Below, piece by piece: positions 54,008 through 64,000 of a stretch of 64,000 nt of DNA. Below the pieces are notes generated by a model. It did not search any database, was not told the DNA's origin, and worked only from the letters and a program-made list of their open reading frames with translations. Origin of the DNA: an uncultured Planctomycetota bacterium (GTDB lineage: Bacteria; Planctomycetota; Planctomycetia; Isosphaerales; Isosphaeraceae); assembly GCA_963845755.1 (NCBI GenBank), contig CAWJTV010000015.1, positions 96,001-160,000 of the forward strand, in the 5' to 3' direction. The position numbers and the translations under genes are program-made. Position 1 is the first letter of the stretch. Each line of letters starts with the position of its first letter.

Positions 54008-55391
54008 TCATCCTTCCCTGGGCTCGAGAGGCGTCGCGATCGATGCGGCCGATGGATTTTGGGTCGCCGTAGGCGAGCCCGGAGACGGCGGGGAACCGGT
54101 TGGGAAATCGTATTCGGTAGCGAGCACATCGGCGAGGGAACGTCCGGCCCCCTCACGGCTCGCTTCGTTCCGTTTGAGCTCGTTGAGGTGGTGCCGAAGA
54201 TCCTCACGGTCCGGATGCATGGCGATGGCCACGGTCAGGTTGGCCCTGGCCCGGAAACCCTGGCCGAGCTGTTCGGCCAGGCGCGCCATCTCCACGGAGT
54301 CGCGCACTGGTTGATTGCGCCGATAGAGTTTCTGGTAGCGCGCCTCGAGTCGCTCGATCTCGCCCTTCCGAGTTTGCAGATCGGCGGCGCGGGACGGTTG
54401 GCCTTCCTGGGTCGCCAGGGCGGCGAGCCGGTCGAGAACGGCATGGTCGGCGGGATCGACCACGATGAGGCGTTCGAGGGCCCGCCGTTCGGCACCAGGA
54501 TCCCCGCGCCTGCGCGGCTAGCCAGGCTGCAAGGCGCGGGGCCTCGGCGGGAGGCGATTCCGCGACGGGGAGATGCTTCAGCGCTTCGCTCGCCGCCGCA
54601 ACGTGATTGGTCCTCACCGCCCAGTCCAGCCGGGCTCGCCAGACCGGGATATCCTCGGGCCGACGCTGCAGACAGGCATCGAGCCACCGCTTCGCCTCGT
54701 CGAACGATCCGCTACGGATCGCCAGGTTGGCCTTCCCGAGCCAGACCCGATCGTCGTCCGGAGCCAGGCTTGCGGCCTGGTCGAGGATGGAACGGATCGC
54801 GTCCGGCGACATGGGGTTTTGCTGGTGCTCGATGTGCGACCGGACCAGGTTGATGGCCTGCTCGGTAGCCCCTTCACCCGCCCGGTCCAGCGCATCCCAG
54901 CGCCTCTCGATCAAATGAAGGGACTCCGCGAGGCGACCTTGATATCGATAGAGCGGTTCGAGCAAGATCAAGACACTGGATGCCTCGACCCGAGGATCGT
55001 CTCGTGCGTCCCGGATGATCTGCTCAGTCTCCGAGAATCGCCCGCGCTCCGTCTCGATCTTCATCCGACCCAGGAGCGCACTGGCGGCGAACGGAGAATC
55101 GGGCGCCACCCGGGCCCAGGCCTCCGCGGCCGGTTGGGGCCGCCCTCGAGCCAGCTCGCAGGTGCCCAGGAGATAAAGAGCCGCGTCCGAGCCGGGCTTC
55201 CGGGCCAGTAGCTCATGCAGTCTCCGCGTGGCGGTCGCGTGTCGCCCGTTCTTGATCTCCTGCTCGATCTCCGCGATGGCGATGCGATCGCGCCGGACGT
55301 CCCACCCTTTCCAACCGACGCGGAGCAGCACCGCCCCGGCGACGATGGCCAGCAACCCCACGAGCCGCCAACGCCCCGCGCGCTCCCTCAT
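54008..55391 (-). CDS. Membrane-anchored TPR protein; frameshifted ~54500
   Basis: TM helix WRLVGLLAIVAGAVLL, APDDDRVWLGKANLA, WLDACL.RRP.D..VWRARLDWA. Confidence 0.82.
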
Positions 55392-55569
55392 CCCGATCTC
55401 CCGTCGTAAGAGTATCCGGGCCACGTGAGCCCAGCCTTCAATCAGTATGTCCAGCCGGGGCCGTGGCCGGCAATCCGACCCGGTCGCTGGACGCCTTGAC
55501 AGGTAATCCATGCCTTGCCAAGATGCAGAGATCCACCGTTCGATCCCCGATTGCGATGGGCCGACGCCG

Positions 55570-57570
55570 ATGACGCCTGAGACCGCTCTGCTCGACGAGG
55601 CCAAACCCTCCGGCGCGTGGTCTCCCGATCGCGACACCAGCCGCCCTGGCCTCATTCGGTTCCTGGTGCTGTCGGCCTGGTGCGGGCTCCTTGCGGGCCT
55701 GCTCGAGGTGGGTGCGATCATCGTGCGGAAACAGGTGTTCGATTCCAATCATCTCTACTGGATCAGCCATCATTTCGTCTGGCTGATCCCCTTGCTCAAC
55801 CTGGCCCTTTTCCTCGTCGTCGGCGCGCTGCTGTCGATCCTGAGGTTCTGGCGCGCCGCGACGCGGCCGATGGCTCGCCACCCGGCTCCTGGGCGCGCTG
55901 ACCGTGCTTCCCCCCATCTGGGCCGGTTTCCCGCGGATTTACGGCCCGGCCGGATTTCTCCTGGCGCTGGGTATCGCGGCGCGGTTGGTCCCGTCGCTGG
56001 AGCGGCATCCTGACCGCTTTCGCCGGATGGTCCGGGCCACCTTCCCGGTCATCGCCGGTCTCGTCGCGATCGCGGCGGGCTCGCTCTGGAGTCAAGATCG
56101 AATCAAGGAATGGCGCGAGGCGGCCCGGCCCCTACCATCGCCGGGCAGCCCCAACGTCCTGTTGATCGTGCTGGACACGGTGAGCGCCCAGCATCTGAGC
56201 CTCCATGGCTACGATCGTCCCACCAGCCCGACCCTCGAAGAGTTGGCGAGCCAGGGGATTCGCTTCGATCGCGTACGGGCGACGTCGTCGTGGACCCTGC
56301 CATCCCATGGGAGCATGTTTACAGGAAGATGGCCTCATGAGCTATCCGCCGGCTACTTCACCCCGCTGGACCGGACGGATCCCACGCTGGCGGAGTTCCT
56401 GGGATCGCGCGGCTACGCGACGGCGGGCTTCGTCGCCAACTCCGGGTATTGTGGGACGGACTCCGGCCTGGCTCGCGGCTTCACCGATTACCGGGATTAT
56501 CAGTTCCCTCGGCTCACCGCTTTCCGGAACGCCGTCCTGGTGGCTCGCCCCATGGAGGCGGGACTCGCGGCGATGGGGGATTTCCTCGAGAGCTGGCCGG
56601 CCCTGGTCGCCCTGGCCCCGGCGGTAGCGGACCTCGGGTGGTATCTCCTGAGCGATCGGAAGGATGCGGCGGACGTCAATCGCGAGTTCCTCGACTGGCT
56701 CTCCCATCGCCGGCAGCCGGCGCGGCCCTTCTTCGCCTTCCTGAATTATTTTGACGCCCACGTTCCGTATCAGGTCCCGGAGCGAGGGCTCCACCGGTTC
56801 GGTGCGAAGCCGCGCAATCCCGCCGAGCTGACCGTGACCAAGTACTGGGTGATGGTGGCGAGGGAGGGACCTTCCCCGCAGCAGATCGAGTTCGCTCGCG
56901 ATTCCTACGACGACTGCGTCGCGGACCTCGACGAGCAGCTTGGCTGCTTGATCGATGAGCTCGCTCGTCGTGGCGTTCTCGAGCGGACCTGGATGATCGT
57001 CACGGCGGACCACGGCGAAAGCTTCGGCGAACAACCCGGCATATTCGTGCACGGAACGAGTCTCTACCAGGCCCAGCTCCACGTTCCGCTGGTGATCGTC
57101 CCCCCCGCGGGCGGCCCGCCGCCGACAATCGTTGACCAGACGGCAAGCTTGCGGGACCTGGCGGCGACGATCGTTGATGTCCTGGGTTTTCAGGCCGAAT
57201 CCCCCTTTCCCGGGACGACGCTCGGCCGGTTCTGGAAGGGGTCGTCCGCGCCAACGTCCGCCCAGTCCGCGGCGTCGGAGCCGGCCCTTTCCGAAGTCGT
57301 CCCCCTCGGTCCCTCATTCGAACCCGATCCCGGCAATGGCCATTGGCCGCCTTGACCGACGACGATTGGACGTACATTCGTCATGAAGAAACCGATCGTG
57401 AGGAACTGTACCGCGCGCGCGCGGACTCCAAGGAGCAGCACAACCTCGCCGTTGACCCGGCCATGAAAACCAGGCTGGAACGGCTGCGGGCCACCCTGAG
57501 CCGACTCACGGCCGGCCCGCTGACTGCGCCAGCGATTCAATCCCTGAGCGTGGGTGAGAGACAATCCTAG
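55570..57570 (+). CDS. Membrane-anchored sulfatase-like protein, paralog of 33450..35482; two frameshifts
   Basis: SAWCGLLAGLLEV, PNVLLIVLDTV, SSWTLPSHGSMFTG, PFFAFLNYFDAH.PY, TADHGE. Confidence 0.9.
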
Positions 57571-58455
57571 CGTCGCAATCGCTCGGAGAGGCCGCGAACG
57601 GCGGCGTCGCTGGGTGCCAGACGGACGGCCTGCTCGACGGCGCGGAGGGCATCCGTCCGTTTGTTGTCGGCCTCGAGGGCCAGGGCCAGGTGGACGAAGA
57701 CCTCGGCGCGACCGGGTGCGCGCTCGGCGGCCGAACGGAAATCGGCGATCGCCTCCGGGAGATGGCGAAGTCTCCAGTGGGCGAGGCCGCGGAGGTCGCG
57801 GGCTTCTCCATTGTTGGGGGAGAGTTCGACGGCCTGGTCCAGTCGGCTGAGTGCCTGGTCGGGCTGGTTGGCGGCGAGCTGGATGGCCGCGATCCGGAGG
57901 ATCACCTCGCCGTTGTTCGCCTCGAATTCCAGGGCGCGGAAATAGGCCGCGAGTGCCTCGTCGGTCTGGCCCATGGCTTCGAGCATGCGGCCCATCGCGA
58001 GGTGCGCCTTGGGGCGATGCGGGTCGATCTCGATGGCCGACTCGAATCGCTTCAGTGCCGATACCCCCTCGCCCCGCCGGGCCTCGAGATCCCCCAGGCC
58101 GATCAGGGCCTCGACATAGTCCCGGTCGTGGCCCAGCGCCTGCGCGGTAACACGACTCGGCTTCCGGGTACCGGCCCTCGTGCTGCAAGACGGTACCGAG
58201 GCGCTGGAGGGCCTCGGGGGAATCCGGCTCCTCGCTGACGAGGTGCTCCAGATCGACCCGGGCCGACTCATACTCCCCGCGGTCCAGGGCCGCCTGCGCA
58301 CGCTCGCTGATCTGCTGGATTCGCTCGAGTTGCCGGGGATTGGCGGGAATGCGGTCTTCGCGACCGCGCACACCCAGCCAGGCGCAACCCGAGGACGACG
58401 CGAGCGACAGCCCGATCAACAGCCTGTACGCGGCGATGACCGTCCGTCGCCTCAT
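57567..58455 (-). CDS. TPR-repeat lipoprotein; frameshift ~58142
   Basis: MRRRTVI...SSSGC lipobox-like signal and canonical TPRs. Confidence 0.85.
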
Positions 58456-58635
58456 GAATTGGACCTTGTCCCTTCCTGGGACCCCGCTCGTCCGTGAAAC
58501 CGATAGTCCGGCGAACCTTACGACACCAGTCGGTCCTGGTCAAGGCCGGTCATCCGGCCCTCACGAGAATTCCCGGAGTTCCCCTGTCGCCCCGGAACGA
58601 GGAACGTCTCCCCCGCCCGTGTTTGCATGCCGAGT

Positions 58636-60057
58636 TTACAGGTCGCCGACGGCACGGCGCAGACGGAGCATGGCGAGGTTCTCGTCGTAGATGGCGTTGT
58701 AGAGGTTGTTTAACGATTGGACGCGACGCGTTTCGGCGTCGAGGACCTCGGTGTAGGTACTCAAATGTTGCCGGTAACGGTCGGTAATCACGTGGGTGTT
58801 CTCCTCGGCCTGAATGATGGCCAGCCGGGCCACCGGCACCTTGCGGCGCGACTGCTGGAGGTCGAGCCATCGAGTGCGAACTTGCAGCGCAACGTCGTCG
58901 GCGGCATCGTCCCGGCGCCTCAACGCGGCGCGTTCCTGCTGCTGAATGGCCGCGGCCCGGCGCCGGGTGGCTCCACAGTCGGTGATCGTCCAGTCCGCAT
59001 AGAACGTCGCCGCCCCGATCCCCTGAGGAGCCAGGTTGTTGCTCCCCAGGTAGACGAATCCCATCGCGAAGCCGACCTGCGGCTTGATGCCCGCGAGGGT
59101 CGCCTGAGATTGGCGCGCCCAGTCCGCGAGCCTGTGCGGCCAAGCCGGCCAGTTCGGGACGAGCGCGCGTAGCGCCTGCGCCGTCAACTCCAGGACTTCA
59201 CCTTCGCTGTCCGCCGTCTCCGCCTCGCCATCCTTGATCGCCTGCTCAGCCATCGCTCTCCAGTCCGTGGTCTTCGGGAGGACGGTCAATTCCTCGAGCG
59301 GCACGACCTCGGTGAGGGGGCGGCAGAGGTATCGGTTATACGTCGCCCACGCCGACTTGAGCGCGGTCCGTGATTGGATCTCGGCAAGCCGGGCATTGGC
59401 CAGCGAGACCTGCGCGGCGAGGTCGTCGCTGCGAATCGCCAGCCCTTGCTCGAGACGGTTGCTCACATCCTTGGCAAATGAGGTCAACTGCTCGACGTTG
59501 CTCCGCGCGACTTCCAGGTTCTTGCGCGCTCGCAGGACCCCGACGTACGCCTCGCCCACGGTGAGCTTCAAGTCGAGGGCCGTGCGAAACTCCTCGGTTC
59601 GCTGGGCGCCAAGCTGGGCCCCCGCGGCCTCGATGCTCCTCAGGAGTCGTCCCCCTGTATAAATTGGGAGGTTTGCAAAGGTGAGCGAGACCGGAATATC
59701 CCTCTGTCCGGGGCCGAGAATCTGGAACGCCGACGGCAATCCACCGAGCATACCGGACGCGCCCGTTCCCGCTCGAGATCCTCCGCCGGAAGACCCGAAG
59801 AACGAGCTCGTGTTGACGGTCGGTGCAGCCGTCAGGAAGGCGTTGAATGTGAAGCTACGGATCGACGGCAATCGATCGGATCGGGCGGCCCTGAGATTCA
59901 ATCCCGCCGCCATCGATTCCGACTGCTGCGCCTGCACCTGTGCGTTGACTCTCAGTGCGAGATCCCATGCCTGCTGTAAGTCCTCGCTCAGGGCCGCTTC
60001 AGGTGACCTTCCGACGAGCAGACCGAGCACGATGACGATCGCTGAAATCCGTCTCAT
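58636..60057 (-). CDS. TolC-family outer membrane efflux protein (start 60057 or 60090)
   Basis: AL..N..V.A, LPIYTGGR, L.V.EAY..VLRA, DDL.AQV.LA, RY...LST.TEVLDAE, LRRAVG.L. Confidence 0.9.
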   Translation of the reverse strand: MRRISAIVIVLGLLVGRSPEAALSEDLQQAWDLALRVNAQVQAQQSESMAAGLNLRAARSDRLPSIRSFTFNAFLTAAPTVNTSSFFGSSGGGSRAGTGASGMLGGLPSAFQILGPGQRDIPVSLTFANLPIYTGGRLLRSIEAAGAQLGAQRTEEFRTALDLKLTVGEAYVGVLRARKNLEVARSNVEQLTSFAKDVSNRLEQGLAIRSDDLAAQVSLANARLAEIQSRTALKSAWATYNRYLCRPLTEVVPLEELTVLPKTTDWRAMAEQAIKDGEAETADSEGEVLELTAQALRALVPNWPAWPHRLADWARQSQATLAGIKPQVGFAMGFVYLGSNNLAPQGIGAATFYADWTITDCGATRRRAAAIQQQERAALRRRDDAADDVALQVRTRWLDLQQSRRKVPVARLAIIQAEENTHVITDRYRQHLSTYTEVLDAETRRVQSLNNLYNAIYDENLAMLRLRRAVGDL

Positions 60058-60592
60058 CGCGTGTCCGACTCCTCTCTCCGGAGCCGCCATGGAGCGGCCC
60101 GGACCACCGAACCCTGAGATTCTATTCGACCCCTTCCACCGCCACTATTGATCCTGAACATGGTTCTGGTGGGACCATTTCTGTTCGATCGACCGGTCGC
60201 GCCGGATGGGCAAAAGCGATAAGCTGCTACTCCCCTTCGCACGACATCCTGTTATTTTGATCGACCTCCCTTGCGAAACTCCGTTCTCGTTGGGGTTTCA
60301 CACACCTCGCGTGACCACTTCCTACTCCGGGTTTCTCATTTGATTCGTCTGAGGTGGATCCAGGGAACTGCGTCGACCTTGACGATTTCCCGGATTATGC
60401 CTGTTTTATGGATAATTCCATGAAGTTCGGGAAGGCCATCGCCGATGGAACTTCGGAAGAGGGTTTCGGTCGAGGTTGAAGGCGAGTGCTTTTTCATTCA
60501 CGTCGAGCAGAATCGCCCGGCGCCGCATCGCACACGGACGTTTGTCGAGCGAGCGAGCGGGTAAGGTACGCGGTGGGGGTGTCTTGGGGCTC

Positions 60593-63500
60593 ATGCGCAA
60601 GGGATGGCGCGAGGTCCTGGGTTTATGGGGGATGTTCCTGATCGGGACAGCCCTTGCCGCTGCGCCTCAAGAGGGAAAGCGAGAAACTCGGGGAACTGGT
60701 GTCGAATCGGTACGCTTGACGGTTGAGTTAAGTTGGGGCCTATCCGCAGGAGGGGTCGGCGCGGCTGGAATCCAGCCTGAGGAAGCCGTGCCGGAGGTCG
60801 TCCTGGCGTTGACGGAGGGACGGGTCCTTGAGGTGATCGGGTGGCCTTCGGGGGAACCTGTCGGGGGATCGGATGTTTCCTCGATGGGTCCCGGCGCGGA
60901 GGGAAGGTGGCGGCTCGGGAGAGCGCGTGACGGGCGAGTGCGCGCCCGGCTCGAGCTGCCGCTGGAGGCGAGTCTCACGGTGCGTTGCGGGGACCAGGTC
61001 GTGAAGGTTCCCCTCGTGGCGATCCTGGAGCGGGCCTACCGGACACCGGCGACCGCACCGTTGACGGTGTCGGTGGAGCGGCTCGCCTGGGACGCGATGG
61101 CCGTTCGACCTGAGTTCCTCGGCGGGATCAGGGATCGTCGCCCCGGGGGCGGAAATCCCGGTCTCGGTGGCCTTCAATATCCTCTGGCCCGAATCGGTGG
61201 ATGTCTCCGTCCGGTTCTCGGCCGTCCTCCGCGCCGTGGAGGGGGGAGAAGTGCTGTCGCGAGACGATCAGCAAGCGACGCTGCCGACGAACCGATCACA
61301 GCCGGCGTCGCGATTATTGAGACTCCGGCGCCCCGGAGTGAGGGAACCTATGTGGCGGAGGTCCATGCAACCTGGGAGCCGACGGTCCGGGACGGCTCGC
61401 GACTGGGCTGGATCATGCGTCGTCGCAAGTCGGCGGCGGTGTTCGACCGCATCGTCCCGCCGTGTGGTCCTGACGGTCCTGGAGCCCACCGTCAAACCGT
61501 CGGTGATCGTGGGGAAGCCGCCCACGCGGGACGGGCGCAAGGGTGAGTCCGAGGTCGACTCGGTGGACCTGACGCGGTCGCGAAGTCTCCGGCCACTGGC
61601 CTCGGGCCGATCGGCCCTGGCCGAGCCCGGCCGCTCGTCGTGGGGTGTGCCGGCCGCGGCGCTGATCGAGCCATCGGCGCGCGGCCGATGGCGCGGCTGG
61701 TTCCTTCGGACCGGTGCCGAGGCGGCCAAACTGGACCCCGCCGATGGGTCGGGCCTGGCCTGGTCGGCCGTCGGGCTCAAGGTCGCACATCCCAATCGGC
61801 CCCACCGTCTGACCCTCAAGGTTAAGGAGGGTGAACCCGCGGCGCTGGGCGTGGCCCTGATCGAACCCGGTGACGAACGCCGCGACCGTCAACCCCGCGT
61901 CCTGCTCGACGCGTGTGCCGCCGGTCCTCCGATCCTCGAGGATGGGCCGCCGCTGGTCTTCTCCTGGCTGGTGTGGCCCGGCTCGACCGAGTCCGTTTTG
62001 GTCCTGGTCAATCGCGACACCGAGTCGGCCGTCCGTCTGGGTACGGTCACGCTCACCGAGCTCGATGACGTCCCGCCGCCGCCAGCCGTCCGCGAGCCGG
62101 AGAAACCGCCCGCGCGGACATTGGGTCTCTATCTCACGGGGACGCAAGCCCTGGACCCGTTCCGTGACGACGCCGGGGCGGGTGGTGCGCTCGCCTCCGC
62201 GCGGAACCTGGCGAAGTACCTGGGCTATTGTGGTGCGACAGCCGTGGTCGTCCCCGACGACCTGTCCGACCGGCGCGGCGGCGGGCGCTCGACGGCCAGG
62301 CCGACGAGGATTCGACCGGTCCCGATCTCCTGGACGTCCTTCGCCGCGTGCTCGAGCGCCAAGGATGCTCTCTCTGGCTCGAGGTGTCTTTCGACCGTCC
62401 GAACGCCTTGCCGGGGCTGCCGCCGCCGGATTCGGAGGATGCGGTCCGTCGCGGCCTCGTGCGTCTCAACGGTCAGGGGCACGCCGATGGACCGGCCTAT
62501 CATCCCCTTCACCCCGAGGTCCGCGAGGCCATGAAGCGCCGGATCGTCGCGGCACTCACGCGGAGCCGGACGGCCCCCATCGCCGGCACGCTGGCCGGCC
62601 CCACGACGTCGGGATTGGTCATCCGTCTCGGTCCCGGCCCCACGCTGCTGGGGACACCCGACACGGGTATCGACGATATCACCTATGAGCGGTTCATCCG
62701 CGAGACCTTCGCCGCCGATACGGCGCAGGGCATACCCGGATCGGGGATCCACGACCCTGAACGGTTCGCCGTTCGCTTGCAGTATCTCGCCGGTGCCGGC
62801 CGGATGCCCTGGTTGACCTGGCGCTCGCGGGCCATGGCGGCTCTGTACGCGGAACTCGCCGCGGCCGTTCAGGAGGCGGCGCCGGGGACCGTGCTCGCCA
62901 TCGTGACGCCTGACCTGGATGGCGGCCCGGCCGGCAGCGAGGCCCGGCGCGTTGACCTGGCTGGACTGGCTCCCAGCGAGGCCTGGCGGAGCGTGGGACT
63001 CGACCTGCAAGGATGGCCCGCCGACCTGATGGGTCCGGTGCTGCTCCGCGGTGTCTCCCTGTCAACCGACGCCCTGGCCCACGACCTGGCGACCAGCCCT
63101 GACCTTGACGCCATCGTGGCGGGCCGGACTCGTCGCGGGGTGCTGCTCACCATCGACGAAGGAGTCCCGCAGCGGCGACCAATCGCCTCCTCGCAGCGGC
63201 CGATCCCCGATGTTTCCGCGGCCCCGGCCGCCGACCGTGGCCCGGTGCCGGGCGGGGCGACGCTCTGGTTATCGGCCCTGCCGCTCGGTGACGGCCCCGA
63301 AGCCGACGAGCCGCTGGGTCACGCCCTGGCTGCTCTCGATGCGCAGTGGGCGTTCCTCGCGGCCACGGCGGTCGCGGGCCACGAGGAACGGCTCAGGCAG
63401 TTCTCCAGGGTCTTCCGAGCCCTTCCCGCCTGGCCCCTCGGCGCTCCAGGGCCTTCGGCCGACCCCCACTCCCTGCCCTTCGGCGTCGCCATCCGCACGA

Positions 63501-64000
63501 GCGGCGATCCCGCGCAGACATACCTCGAGCTCGCCAACGACTCGCCCTACCCGATCCGGTTAGCCTGCCGCCTCGAGGCGCCGACCCTCGGCGCCGGTGG
63601 ACGACCTCGGACGCGGTCTTCGTCTGGCACCGGCATCCGAGGCCGGCGGCCGCAACCTGGTCCTGGACTTTCTCCCCTTCGGTGTCTCCGCGATCCGGGT
63701 TGGAGCGCCCGGCGTTGAGGTCACGTCGGTGACGCCTTATCCTTCCGAGGCCGTATTGACCAGCATGCAGGCGCGATCCCGTGAGCTGTCCGCTCTCCTG
63801 GTGCGGCTCAATCGGGGGCTGGCCGGTGGCGAGGGAGAGCCCCCGAATCCGGGCTTCGAACCTGATTCGGGGCCGTCCCCCCGGCACGAGCCCAGCACGG
63901 ATCCCACCAATCCGATGCCGCCCCTCCCCGCGGACATGGACCCGGCTCTCGAGATCACGGGGGCTGGCGCGATCCCGGCCGCGCCTCCCCTCGGTTGGCA
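60593..64000 (+). CDS. Very large exported protein with a glycoside-hydrolase-like (GHL10/DUF187-like) region; many frameshifts, runs off window end
   Basis: Signal peptide. ORFs 60476, 61167 and 62228 join into one protein: AKYL.YCG.TA.V, DLLDVL.R...RQG, YHPLHPEVREAM, G.DD.T..RF, WL.WR....ALY, NPGFE. Confidence 0.6.

Noticed and set aside
2893..63600. Programmed frameshifting or phase variation as the cause of split genes
   Set aside because: The shifts are scattered across unrelated genes, mostly without slippery heptamers or long homopolymers, and include compensating pairs. Sequencing error is simpler.
287..63958. Numerous long antisense and alternate-frame ORFs rich in Arg/Pro/Gly
   Set aside because: They are expected shadows of real genes in high-GC DNA and show no family motifs.
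1..64000. tRNA, rRNA or integron integrase genes
   Set aside because: No cloverleaf with T-loop/D-loop consensus, no rRNA signature and no tyrosine recombinase motifs were recognised by eye.

Overview
GC-rich bacterial genomic DNA, almost certainly a planctomycete of the Isosphaeraceae type. The evidence is two DUF1559 prepilin-like genes, several TPR/FG-GAP/ASPIC-UnbV (CRTAC1-like) genes, an ECF sigma / Ser-Thr kinase / TPR locus and small 'MRxPRMTxRRWM' proteins. Most long genes are broken by 1-nt frameshifts, probably uncorrected long-read errors, so many CDS calls join several ORFs. There are three zones. (1) 1-17.5 kb holds hydrolases, a di-heme oxidoreductase, a decayed ECF-kinase fusion, a stand-alone ribosome-recycling-factor paralog head-to-head with two RlaP-type (PF10127-like) nucleotidyltransferases, a sigma54-driven DUF1559 + HEAT lipoprotein pair and a Zn metalloprotease. 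(2) 17.5-27 kb is a plastic region: short ORFs each preceded by a conserved ~90-100 bp non-coding element, a complete IS5-family element, a WGR-DUF4132 gene, an IS1634 remnant, REP palindromes and a heptamer array. (3) 28-64 kb is a large envelope cluster: three CRTAC1-like proteins, six TPR proteins, a DUF1559 + lipoprotein pair, a YfhO-type membrane protein, two membrane-anchored 'sulfatases' with a Thr (TLPSH) nucleophile motif, a two-domain MBL hydrolase, a TPR-heptaheme cytochrome, TolC and a large glycoside-hydrolase-like protein. No rRNA, tRNA or CRISPR array was seen. Family names come from motif recognition by eye, not database searches.
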